Below, one piece after another: positions 52,375-64,000 of a DNA stretch of 64,000 nucleotides (position 1 is its first letter; each line of letters begins with the position of its first letter). Made by a program: the position numbers and the translations under genes. The notes under the pieces were generated by a model that saw nothing but the letters and a program-made list of their open reading frames with translations, was not told the origin of the DNA and did not search any database. The DNA is from Callorhinchus milii (lineage: Eukaryota). The stretch is from contig NW_024704743.1 of assembly GCF_018977255.1 (NCBI RefSeq), positions 7,008,001-7,072,000 on the forward strand, written 5' to 3'.

Positions 52375-52670
52375 AATAACAACTTGCATTTATAGAGCAC
52401 CTTTCATGTAGGGTAGCATCTTGGTGCACTTCATAGTGGTGGAGCTTGATGTCAATCTCGGGGAGGGGGAAGTGACTATAGGCACAGTCAAAGAGGAAGG
52501 TCTTTGGGTTTGATCTGAAGATGGGGAACGAGGAGGCAAGGTGGAGAGTTTGAGGGAGGGAGTTCCAAAGTTTCGGGGTGTAGCAGTTGAAATGGCTGCT
52601 GGAGTGGAGGGATATGCAGGAGGCCAGCTGAATGGAGGTGGCGGGTAGTCAAGTGGGGAGTAAACAGGAG
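52375..52670 (-). mobile_element. L2 3' fragment
   Basis: aacaacttgcatttatagagcacc tail and gggagttccaaagtttcggggtgtagcagttgaa. A plus-strand counterpart lies at ~53890-54160. Confidence 0.78.
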
Positions 52671-55643
52671 TAAAGTCACATTGGACAGAATTTCTGCTCC
52701 TGATTTAACAAAATCCTAATCCAAACATGGATTGTGTCCCCACATGGTTTTAATGAACAAAGCAATAATTATAGCCAATCCTCTGCGATTGTTTTTCTGG
52801 AGACAATAACACAATCTTATTAATCCTAATGGGTTTGTGTAATATGTTTGTTTTCTATTGTTTTTTACTATACTGGAATTGCATTGCTGAGTGAACGAAT
52901 GATTAAATGAGTTGTGGTGAAAGGTTTTGCACACTAACTATTTTTATCTGGTTTGAAGAAACATAATCTAAGCACAACAGTTCTTGGCAGCATACTTCTA
53001 TATAGTAGTAGTTGGCTTTACTACAAGCTCTGCGACTGTTAAGTGCTGCGAGATGCCACCTGGTGTGAAGGGCGCTATATAAATGCAAGTTGTTGTATAT
53101 CTATCAGACTGAACAGTGGAGCAAAAAACGCTTTACTGGAATATACACGCAGGCATATGTTGCTCTTAGTGGTGTTGTCCAGTTGTCTTGATTGCTTTAG
53201 TTGGCTGTGCGGAGCGATGATTTGTAGCATGGAATAAATATTATTAGTACCATTGAAGTGTATTTCGGGTACATATTTGCATCAGCAGTTTGGAATATCA
53301 TTCGGGTATTAGGAAGAAAGCGGCTTCCCACATCACACATCAAACACAACACATTCAGGGGACATTTTCTTCCTGGGACAGAAGATCAAGAGGAAACATT
53401 GAAAGATCAACACCATGGCAAACAAGTCTGTACAAGTAATATACTGTATATATATTTTTTTAAAAATTGACCAATTATTTTAGAATCAAAATCACATTCA
53501 GAAATTTCAGCACTAAGACAACCCTTTGAGTTTACACCATTTTAGCTCCCTACAAAAGATATCTATTCTAATTCCTTTACCCTGTACTCATTGCATTTTA
53601 TATCTTTATTCTGTCTGATTCCCTTTTGGATGAACTGACTGACCTGATCTTAACAGTCACATGTGGTAACAGGCTGTAGTGTTTGACTATATTGGTTAAC
53701 TTGATTCTAAGACAGAGTTAATTGACAGCAATAAATGTATTTGTGAAGCGCTTTAATAAGTTTAGCTGTAATAGGCGTTACATCAAATGTAAGGATTATT
53801 ATTAATAACCTTTTTTTGCAATGATTCAGGCAATATTATACAGTCATACCAGATATTCTATTTCAAGATAGCAAGAGCACCAGCAGTGATAATCCGCTGC
53901 CACTGTTCAGTTGGCTCCAGCCTCCTCATGTCCCTCTTGTCTTCCGTTTCACCATCGATGGCTGTGCCTTCAGCCACTACTCCCCGAAACTCTAGAACTC
54001 TCTCCCTCAATCCCTCCGCCTTGTCCCCCTTCCTCCCCCACCTTCAAATCCCGCCTAAAGCCCTTCCTTTTTGATCTTGCTCCCCCCTCCCTCTCCCCTT
54101 GGCTCAGTGTCAGAGTCCACCACTGTCAAGCGCTGTCAAATGCAAGTTGTTGTTGTTGTAATGCCCTTCGGTGTTTACTGCCAAAATGTATGTATACAGT
54201 TTCGGAACTTAGAGGAAAGTTGGGAGGGTGGTGATGCAGATAATGATTTCTGTTGTAAAATGTGTGTTCACAACACAGAGTAAAATATTTTCGCCTCGGT
54301 GCCATGTTTATCTTGGAATCAGTTTGATTCTTGGCCCCCAAACCCTGAAATAAAATTGGTCACTCACTTCATGGTGTTTTGCTGTGTACAAATTGGCTGC
54401 TGCATTTGTCTATAAATACGGTGACTATACATCACAGTAAAATCTCGTTAAGCACTTTCAGACTTCTTGATGATGTGATAAGGAGCTACATCAAATTTAA
54501 AAATTCCGTGTTCCTTTATGAAGGAATCAATAACCTTTTGAAGATAGGGTGTGCATAACTACAAACAGTATCCTAAATGTGGCACCACTTGTGGTCTACA
54601 TAAGGTTAGCATAACATATTTCAATTTATAGTCAAACAGCCTTAAGGTACAATGCGTTTTGCGATTAGCTTTGTTAATAATGGCTTCACATTGATTGAGA
54701 ACTGCAACCTATTCCTTTTTCTAATTTGTGAGCTGTTTTCATACATGTTTGTCTACAAATACGCAGTGACTACACATCACAGTAAATTCTGGTGAAGCGC
54801 TTTCATATGCCTCGATGATGTGATAAGGCCTGTGTTCAGAAGGAATTACCAGTGCCCTCAATTATGTAATGAACAGCCAATGGAAAGGATTATTAGGTGA
54901 TCCTGTCACCATCAATGTCTCACATAACTTATTTCCAGGCATATTGGAGCGGATTTCTCATGGGTTCACGTGATGCACTTCTGTTAACTATCAGGGGATG
55001 TAATAGCAGGGAGCACGCCACCTAGCATTAAGGGCGCTGTATAAATTCAAGTTGTTGTTGATGTTGAGATTTAGTTTGTAACTCAGAGTCACTATCAGCG
55101 AATCAAGGTAGCAAATCCGGCGCTGGTGTCTTGCCCATCCCATGGCGATTTCAATGACACAATTGAGATAATAACTGATAGGTACTACTCATGTGAAATT
55201 AGCACCTAAGTTTAATAAATGAGCCCAGTTTATTCAAAAATATAAGAATGCATGAAATGAGAAAAGGCTATAAAGGTCCATCAAGTCCTATCTTTCACAG
55301 ACCATTTATAATCCTCTCAATCAATGATCTCTACCTATTTTGTATCCTAAAGGAAAGTTCTGCATGCTCCCGCATTCAGAATTCCTGAATTCTCTTCCAT
55401 CCTTGCATATCTACAATTTGGTTTGGTCTGTGGCCCAGCAGGTGGGTAGGAAAAGCGATTGGCTGGGACGATGCACCTAATACATGGTAACAAAAGATCT
55501 TAGCCAATTCGGGGACGACATAAACCTCCCAAGCAGAAGAGGGGAAAAATCTCATGTAATCTTGATTTTCAGTATGAATCCAGAACATGAAAGCGAGACC
55601 TCATAATTAGTCTTTTAGTTTTAAGCAGGAAGTGAAGGAATAG

Positions 55644-57426
55644 CAACAACAACAACAAAATTACATTTATAGAGCAATCTCACGTCGGGAGAACGTCCCA
55701 AAGCACTGAACAGTCAGATATCAGGGCCCGAGCATGGGGGAGGGGTGACGTAGGGGTGCGGGAAGGCAGAGAGGTGGGAAGGAGACTAAGGGCATGGTTG
55801 AAGGCATGGGTCTTGAGACCGGCCTTGAAGGAGGCAATGGAGGAAGTGAAGTGAAGGGACTGTGGGATGGAGTTCCAGAGTGTGGGGGCAGAGAGGCTGA
55901 AGGCCCGGCCACCAATGGTAGAGCGGGTTGGGCCGGAGACATGGAGTAGGCCGGAGCCCGCTGAACGGAGGGAGCGGGCAGGTTGGTAGGGAGTCAGCAG
56001 ATCAGAGAGGTAGGAGGGGGCAAGTCCATGGATGGCCTTAAAGGTGAGGATGAGGATCTTGAACTTGATCCTCTGGGGAATGGGGAGCCAGTGGAGTCGG
56101 GTGAGGGTGGGAGTGTTGGGGTCACGGAGCCTGGTGTGTGAGAGTACACGAGCTGTAGAGTTTTGGATGATCAGCAGGTTGTGAAGGGAAGAGTTTGGAA
56201 GGCTGATGAGGAGGGAGTTCCCATAATCGAGTCTTGAGGTGACAAATGCGTGGGTGAGGGTTTTGGCATCCTGAGGGATGAGGCAGTGGCGAGTCTGGCA
56301 ATGTTGCAGAGGTGGTGTTAGTCAGTGCTGGCCATGGCACGGATGCGGGGGAGAAAGGACAGTTCAGGGTCAAACAAGACACCCAGGTTCCTAACTGGCT
56401 TAGTGAGGTTGAGTGTGCAGCCGTGGAGGCAGAGAGGTAGAGTTGGGTGTCATCCGCATACAAGTGGAAATTTACCCCATGTCTGCGGACGATGTCACCA
56501 AGGGGGAGCATGTAGAGGGTCAAGAGGAGGGGACAGAGAACAGAGCCCTAAGGAACACCACACGAGACGGTGCGGGAGCTGAAGGAGAAACCGTTTGCCA
56601 CGACGAAGTGGAGGTGGTGTGAAAGGTAGGACCTGAACCAATTAAGGACAGAACCTTGAAGGTTGAGGTGGGAGGAGAGGTGATGGAGGAGGATTGAGTG
56701 GTCCACGGTGTCAAAGGCGGCGGAGAGGTCATGGAGGAAGAGGAGGCAGAGGGAGCCCTGGTCACACATGGTCAGGATGTCATTTGTGACCTTGACCAGA
56801 GCAGTTTCCGTGCTGTGGGCAGCACGGAAACCCGATTGGAGGGGTTCGTGGAGGGAGTGAGAGGAGAGGAAAGAGCGAAGCTGGAAGGCAATGGCTCTCT
56901 CAATGACCTTGGATAGGAAAGGGAGATTTGAGATGGGCCGGCAGCTGGATAGCTGTGATGGGTCGAGGGAAGGTTTTTTCAAGGTGGGGGTGATGGCGGC
57001 TGTTTTGAGGGCGGAAGTAACAGGGCCAGATGACAGGGAGAGGTTAATGATGTTGGCAAGTAGTTGGGCAAGGAGGTGGAGCTGGGATTTAAGGAGGGGG
57101 TGGGGATGGGGTCAAGGGAGCAGGTGGTGGACTTCATGGAGGTTACCGTGTTGAAGACAGAGGAGGGGGTGACAGGTTCAAAAGTGTGGAAGGAGAGATG
57201 GGTAATTGTCGGATGGGTAATTGTGTGGGGTGGGGGTAGGGAGGGGTTTGAAGTTGGGAGGGCAGTGGCAGCTGAGTGGATTCCCTCGATTTTGGACTCG
57301 AGAAAGTCCAGCATTTTCTCGCAGTGAGAATCGGAGGAAAGTATCTGCGAGGCGTGTCGGGGAAGGCGGAGGAGCCGGTTAGTGGTGAAAAACAGGAGCC
57401 TGGGATTGTCTTTCGCCTCCAGGAGT
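55644..57426 (-). mobile_element. L2 LINE, longest copy in the window (~1.8 kb), 5'-truncated and frameshifted
   Basis: RPISNLPFLSKVIER, QSGFRAAHSTETALVKVTNDIL, DLSAAFDTVDHSILL and [12 protein letters not shown]; (caa)n tail. Confidence 0.95.
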
Positions 57427-57470
57427 AACACTCTGTAATCTCAGTGTGTACCTGCCTTTACAACCTCGTA

Positions 57471-57731
57471 ACAAAAACAGTAGTCGCTGGGAACACTCAG
57501 CAGGTCAGGCAGCGTCTATGGAGAAAGTGAGTCAACGTTTTGGGTCCACGACTCTTCATCAGAAGGTGATCACACCTTGTGATCTTGTGATTTTCTGACG
57601 AGGGGTCGTGGACCCAAAACGTTGACTCACTTTCCTTTCTCCATAGACGCTGCCTGACCTGTTGAGTGTTCCCAGCGACTACTGTTTTTGTTTCCGATTT
57701 CCAGCATCTGCAGTATTTTGCATTTTGTTTC
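57471..57731. mobile_element. Palindromic insertion, probably inverted Penelope-like pseudo-LTRs
   Basis: Arms 57471-57564 and 57593-57691 are near-perfect reverse complements. A 12-bp TSD, tacaacctcgta (57459-57470) / tacaaccttgta (57732-57743), flanks it. Confidence 0.8.
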
Positions 57732-60700
57732 TACAACCTTGTATCCTGTTTCCTACGAGAAATATGTCCAACAATTCTTTGAAGGAGTTGATTGATAGAG
57801 TTTCAACTGTTGTTGGCGTTGGTCTGTTATACATAAAGTTACCCAATATAAAACTGAGCTATACAGGCAAGTGATGTCCCATGTTCAGTCCTAATCACTG
57901 CTGATTTAGCTGATCTCAATCAGGGGCAGCATTAATTCTTTACTCAGAGGGTAATTAACAACTGGAACAGGTTTCCCAGAAAGGTTGTTGAGGCCAGGAT
58001 AATGGACTAATTTAAAAAGCAATTTGATGCAGTAATGGAAGGATGAGATTGGATGGACCTTCTTCATCCAAACCAACCTTGTGAAGGTGCTACATTTGGC
58101 CTCAGCATCCTTGTATTAGGGAAGGGGAAGAAACCAAGATATCTGCTCCTTATCCAGTGATTCCTGATGCAATATACGACTGTGAAGATGTTTGATGAGA
58201 CCTGGATGAGATTCTTCTATGATACCTTTCCCCCATCCCTCCATCCCACTCAGTTTGCTGTTTGAGTTCACAGATGAAGTATGACAACCTGAATTTATAT
58301 AGTGCACTTTTAAGCGGGTGGGGAATACTCTACTCCATAGCCGTAATCAAAGATGTATTAGCACTCTGAAATGCTACCTTGCATGAAGGGTAAATATAAA
58401 TGCAAGTTGTTGTTGTGTAATGAAAATTAGGAATGCAATGCAAGGCAGGGGAGGCACAAATAACAAGGAGATAGTTTAGCTGAGAAAAACAGGGAGAAAA
58501 TGAAACAAAACAAAGAGGCACATGTTCAAGTTTGGAATGAGCTGCCCACAGAGAACAGCAAGGTGACCACAATTAATGTTAGTGTGAGGGAGTCTGGTAC
58601 AAATGAACTATCAACAGCTAATTCAGAACCAATACCCACAGACATCAATCCCAGGAGAACATGTACAGAACAACTCATCACCTCATCTGGGAACAGCCAC
58701 CGAGCATTTACAATGAAACCAGATGTTGAGTTTATGCTTCAGAAATTAACTTCTCATGACACAGGAATGCTAATAGGAAGTGGGAGACGATTAAATGGCC
58801 ATTTGGATCTGGCAATTTTGCTGAAACCCCGCAGAAAGCTGGAAAAAAACTCCAGGCAAACATCCTGGAAACATTACCACACAACACAGGACAGGAATAA
58901 GATGGTATCTCAATTCATTACACAGAGACCTATCAATACAGATATACACACATCAAGCTTGGACTCAGTGGATGTGACAACAAAGGCCCCCTAAGTTCCT
59001 GGAACAGACACAAACTGCTTGCTTCACAATCCAAACTTTGTTCTTTATACTTGTTCTTCATGTTGGCTGCCAGCAAAAGATAACATTGCAACAGATGCTA
59101 CAGCTGCTGCAGGAACAAGTTTTTCCAATGGATTTTTAAATTACGATTAAAATAGTAACTAAAAAACTATCAATTTTTTTAAAATCACACTTTTGTTCGG
59201 GATTTTTCATTTTTCTCCCTCAGCTCTCCTGAACACACAGACTTGAGGTTTGCGCTGACACAAAGATTGTGATCTATGGGTTTTGCCTCTACCCTCTGGA
59301 ATTCCCTATCCCGAACCCTCTGTCTCAACCACTTTCTATTTGTTTTCAAGTCCCGCCTTAAAATCTACCTCATTGACCATGGGTCACTTCCTTCACCCCC
59401 CGCCCCTGCCTCTGAGATGTTATTCTATGTGAAGGATGCTGCGTAAATGCAAGTTGTTGTTATCTTGGTTAGTCGAGTGTCTAACACATCAAAAATCCAT
59501 CACTGTGCTTAAGAATAGCCAAATCAGACCGAGAATTCTACATATATACACCACTTACATGTGGAAATGTCCCTATGCCTGGAATGCAATGTGCACTCTC
59601 TCCCTGGAGGGATGCACCCTGCTTATCTAATTCCGAAGAGTATTAAATCCAGGTTGGCAAGAACCAAGGCTTTGGGACCCTAGAGTATGCAAGATGACAT
59701 ATGGTTCAATGTGTGTCTTTGGCTAAGTAGCCTTTCTTTGCGTGTGAACTAATGTTGTCAGATTATTGCAGAGTGGAGTGGCAGCACAGCCAAGCCTGAT
59801 CATGTCCTCACATAATAACAGTAATCCATACATTTGGTACAGCGCCTCTCACATCGTGAGGACATGTGAAAGGGCTTCACAGGTCATTCTGTAAAGTGGA
59901 GTGACGGTGTTTTTGTGGGTGAACTTAATGTTTTATACATCATACACCACAACAACAATTAGCTGTGGAAGGACTTTGAGACGTGATATTATTTTACATG
60001 CTGTACAGTCATTTACTTTGTGCTTTACTTAGCTCAGATCTGCAGGGCAGGATTTGTGTTGCTTATACTACAGCTATTGGACATCTTGGATCATTGTACT
60101 CTGATTGACAGATCCAATGGAGTGGTTCACATGGTTGTTGCCCAGCAACAGCAAGACCTTCTGTATCTTCCAATCGATTTAGCTGCTTAGACCCCAACTA
60201 CCCCAATGCACACTCTGGTGTCCCCAAGATTTTACTCCTGTCAACCTATGCCTCTTACTTTCCGGAATTATGTAAGCAGGATGCTTCCCTCTAGGGAGAG
60301 AACGTGTATTCCATTCCATCAATCTGTCTCTGAGATTTCCCTGTGTAGGTGGGATGCATGGAAATCTCAGCTTGGTTTGGATACTCTTAAGCACGGTGAT
60401 GGGTTTCCGCATGTCAGACAACCGACTGATCCCAAAAAAAAGACCTTCTGTGATATAGACCCAGACAGGATTTCTGTCTTTGCGGTTGTGCGGAGACATT
60501 AAACCACTTTCTGAAATTCACTACAGAGATTCAGGCAGTACCCCGTTTTCATTCATGTGGAGCTGAATCCACAACAGAATCTCTCCTGCACGGCAACCGA
60601 GAGCGAGCGTAAATGGGGCTTTATTCCGAGTCGCATCCTGCCTCAGAGGAAAAGGGGAAACAGATTACTTTGAGCCAGCCAGAGTTGGCGAGGAGTACAA

Positions 60701-61784
60701 AAGGCCAGAACATGGCGCAGGCCAAAAGAATATTTAGCAAAGTCGATGGTGCTTTGGTCTGAAGAGAAAACAAGCCCTTCCCTGTGATTTAGTAAAACGG
60801 GGTGAGGGAAAACCGCAGTCTGCGCTGGCTTTGTGTGAAGCCGTGGTATCTGGTGTGGTGAGCACTCCAGGAGTGAGGAACTGTCGCCAGTTTCACAAGC
60901 TACACTTTTGAACTGAGCAGTTGAGACAGGCTCAATGCCTATGGGAGTTAGAAGAAAGCCTTTGAAGTTGCCGGTATATAATATAGCAAGGAAGCATTCA
61001 GGAAAGGAAAAAAACGTACATCCTTGAAAACATCTCTTGTCAATATGACTGCAGTCATTTATGAGGTTCACATAAATCCAGTCAATGGGCAGTTACTAAC
61101 ATAAATGAAAGAACATGTCACATTCCTGCAAAAATACATAATGACACAGATTATTTTCTGTGCTGTACATGTGCTAGGGATGCTATTCACTTCTACACCT
61201 GCTTGAATTTAGACGCCACTCCCAGGTACATTTTGTTGAAAACGTTTTCAAATATTATTTGCCTGAACAACTCAAATGAGCCGCATTTCAGACTTCTGGC
61301 TGGGAACCTACTATTTGTGCTGGGTCCAGAAAAACATCCGTTCTAGACCCACAATGTTCCAATAATAACCTATGTTTTAATAAAATTACGAGTTTTTTCT
61401 TTACTTTTCCCTTCTCTCTCTCTCATTTCCCCTGAAGGTTTTTGAGCACTGCTACCTTGCCCATGTGACCATTACACAAGTCTGAGCTTTGGCCGGGACT
61501 GTTAACTGACTGTTCAATATCATATTTGGGGAGGACAGGTTTGCAGGTCTATGGGGAGAGAGCGGGGGAGTGGGATTGAATTGGATAGCTCTTTTCAAAG
61601 AGCTGGCACAGACAAGTTGGGCCAAATGGCCTCCTTCTGTGCTGTATAATTCTACGATTCTATGATGTTGAGCCTGATCCTAGCCTCACCTAATAGCCAC
61701 AAACAGGCATCTTCTGAACAGCAATCAAAAGCTGGAACCCTGTCTTTCTCTCTCTAGTCCAGGAGAGTTGAAGCCAATTGTTCA

Positions 61785-62345
61785 CCCCTCCCTTGCCTTC
61801 TTCAAGGCCCATCTCAAGACCCTCCTCTTTGACCGTGCCTTTGGTTGCCTTCCTACCTCCACCCTCCCTGCCCTCCACCCCTGCTGATCCCAATCCCCAG
61901 CTCGGGTCCAATCCCTGACTATCCAGCCCCTTGGGACGTCCTCCCGATGTGAAAGGCGCTATACAAATGTAATTTGTTAGCTGGTTTGCTGTTGTTCCCT
62001 ATCTCTCTGACGTCCTCACTCCCCAATCCACCACCCAGCGCCTCCGCTCGAATGGCACCGGCCTCATGCTTGTCCCTCGCACCCTCCGCTCCACCATTGG
62101 AAGTCGCGCATTCAGCCACTATGCCCCCAAACTATAGAACACTCTCCCTCAATCCCTCAACTTGCCCCCTCTCTCCCTTTCTTCAAGTCCCGCCTGATAA
62201 CCTTCCTTTTCGACCGTGCTTATAATCAGCTCCCCCCACTCCCCCACCCCTACTGCTCGGAGTCAGGCTCTGGCTCTGTTAAGCGTACGGAGACTCTACC
62301 TTGCGTGGAGGGGGCTATACAAGTGCAAGTTGTTGTTGTTGTTGC
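61785..62345 (+). mobile_element. Two tandem L2 3' fragments
   Basis: Tails cttgggacgtcctcccgatgtgaaaggcgctatacaaatg and ggctatacaagtgcaag(ttg)n. Confidence 0.82.
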
Positions 62346-63464
62346 TGCCTGGCTGAGAACAGCTAACTTGAGATGACCAGGTTGTTGCAACAGGTGGTGC
62401 TTTCACCCACTCCTTCATTGGAGATAGCTCTCAAACATACCTTTACACAGTCAAAGAGGTTGACCCTGCTTCCGGTCATCTTTCCCCTCCCCATTCCCCT
62501 CGGCTCCCACTCCTAGCTCGGGTGCCCATCCAGTGCTGTGAATGCACTTTGGGATGTCCTCCTGACATGAAAAGCAATACATAAATGTAAATTATATTAT
62601 AGCATCGTAACGCGATCCAGGGTCAGGTATAACTGAACACGCACAGAGGACAGAGTTCCAGATGGAAATTTATTTGTATTGTAAGAGGGTTCCAGTAACG
62701 TCAATGCCTCTGGCATACAGAAACTCTTCCAGCATCTAAAGCCCCCATACAGACACTTGGGGGTACACTCTCACACATGCCTCTAAGTCACTGTGTTTCT
62801 GCCCACCTCAGGCTCACAGTTCTCACTCTTTTCATTTACGAGAGCGAGAGCTGTTACTGAATAGAGGAAAATCTATCTCCATACTACTTTACACAGTGTA
62901 GTAATGTCTTATACGAGAATCCTGGCCTGAGGGGTCATAGGTTTAAGTCTCAGCATCTACTGCCATCTGCAATCACCCATTTAGCCTGTTCTCATTTGGG
63001 CTGCAATCAGACAACCCCTCATATTTGATTTTACATAGCAAGCTCTTTGATCTCAGCCCTTTGATCTTTTACACTCATTTCTTTTGCAAGCTATGGATCC
63101 AATTTTATCCCTTTGGGTGCATTGCTGTGGGCATCAATGTGCCCATCCATCACAATGCCTTGAGCAACAGTTTAACCTGATCTGGACTAATCTAACCCAA
63201 TTTTGCCATACTTGCTTGTCACTGTGATGGAATGCCAGGAATGGATCAGGGAGGATAAGGTCTGGCCCAATAAAGGACAAATGCTGTTTCCTTCAATGGA
63301 TCTGAGATTTGACAAAAATATGAAAATTGCTGTGTGGGGGTGAACACATCACAAGATCAAATGATTAGTTTGGATGAAGAAAACCCTTTGGCACAATTAA
63401 ATTAATCATTCCAGAATGCCCACCCTGTAGTCCGCTCACAAAATAGACAGCCAATTAACTTTAA

Positions 63465-63902
63465 TAATATAATTATAATCCTTGCATTTGATATAGCGCC
63501 TTATCACATCTTCAAGATGTCTCAAAGCGCTTCACAGAATATATACTGTATATACTGTAAAGTGTAGTGGCTGTATATTTTGTGGCAAAATATGGCAGCC
63601 AATTGCACAAGGCAGTGTCCCACAAACTGTCATGGATTGAGTGACCAAATTATTTTTTTTAAGCGATTATTACATCTAACAACCAGATTCGTACTTACTG
63701 GTCAGTAAACAGAGGCGCATGGATTAAGGAAATTTGTGTAAGGTTTCTACCCTGCCCAGGAATCGAACCAGGTCCTCTCGCCTGCGAGGCAAGTGCTGTA
63801 ACCACTGAGGAATAGGACTTCATAGTATATTCTGTGAAGCATTTTTAGACATCTCGAAGATGTGATAAGGCGCTGTATCAAATGCAAGGAATATTATTAT
63901 AT
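63465..63902 (-). mobile_element. Full-length tRNA SINE (minus) abutted by a plus-strand SINE tail (~63822-63902)
   Basis: Head reverse agtcctattcctcagtggttacagcacttgcctcgcaggcgagaggacctggttcgattcc, followed immediately by tctgtgaagc...atgcaaggaatattattat. Confidence 0.85.
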
Positions 63903-64000
63903 TCTATATTATATATTACTCTACCGTCCTCCCACCTCATTGCCATGCTACCTTTGCTACCTCCTGCTACCCTATCGCCCAGCTGCTCCCTCCGCTCAGT

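Noticed and set aside
22400..64000. BAMBI or another neighbouring gene downstream of WAC
   Set aside because: I found no BAMBI-like peptide or other convincing exon chain in any frame I could read. Small exons could have been missed.

Overview
This is vertebrate genomic DNA. The repeat landscape (tRNA-Ala-headed SINEs with L2-type tails, Deu-domain SINEs, shark-type CR1 and L2 LINEs) points to a cartilaginous fish, most likely a chimaera such as Callorhinchus; the organism call is inference. The only protein-coding gene I can support is the 3' end of WAC (WW domain-containing adaptor with coiled-coil) on the + strand. It has three coding exons (9828-10017, 19900-20027, 20888-20957) and a ~1.4 kb 3' UTR ending near an AATAAA at 22321. 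The rest is intron and ~41 kb of intergenic DNA full of truncated L2 and CR1 LINEs and several SINE families, and most of the longer ORFs in the track are LINE fragments or chance ORFs. The most notable items are: a TSD-flanked palindromic insertion with two hammerhead-ribozyme-like cores (Penelope-like, 57471-57731); an intronic solo LTR carrying a CTCF-like motif (12282-12638); two intronic hairpins in WAC; a NAGNAG acceptor; an old poly(A)-tailed repeat family I cannot name; and candidate enhancer motifs. I found no convincing new multi-gene system.
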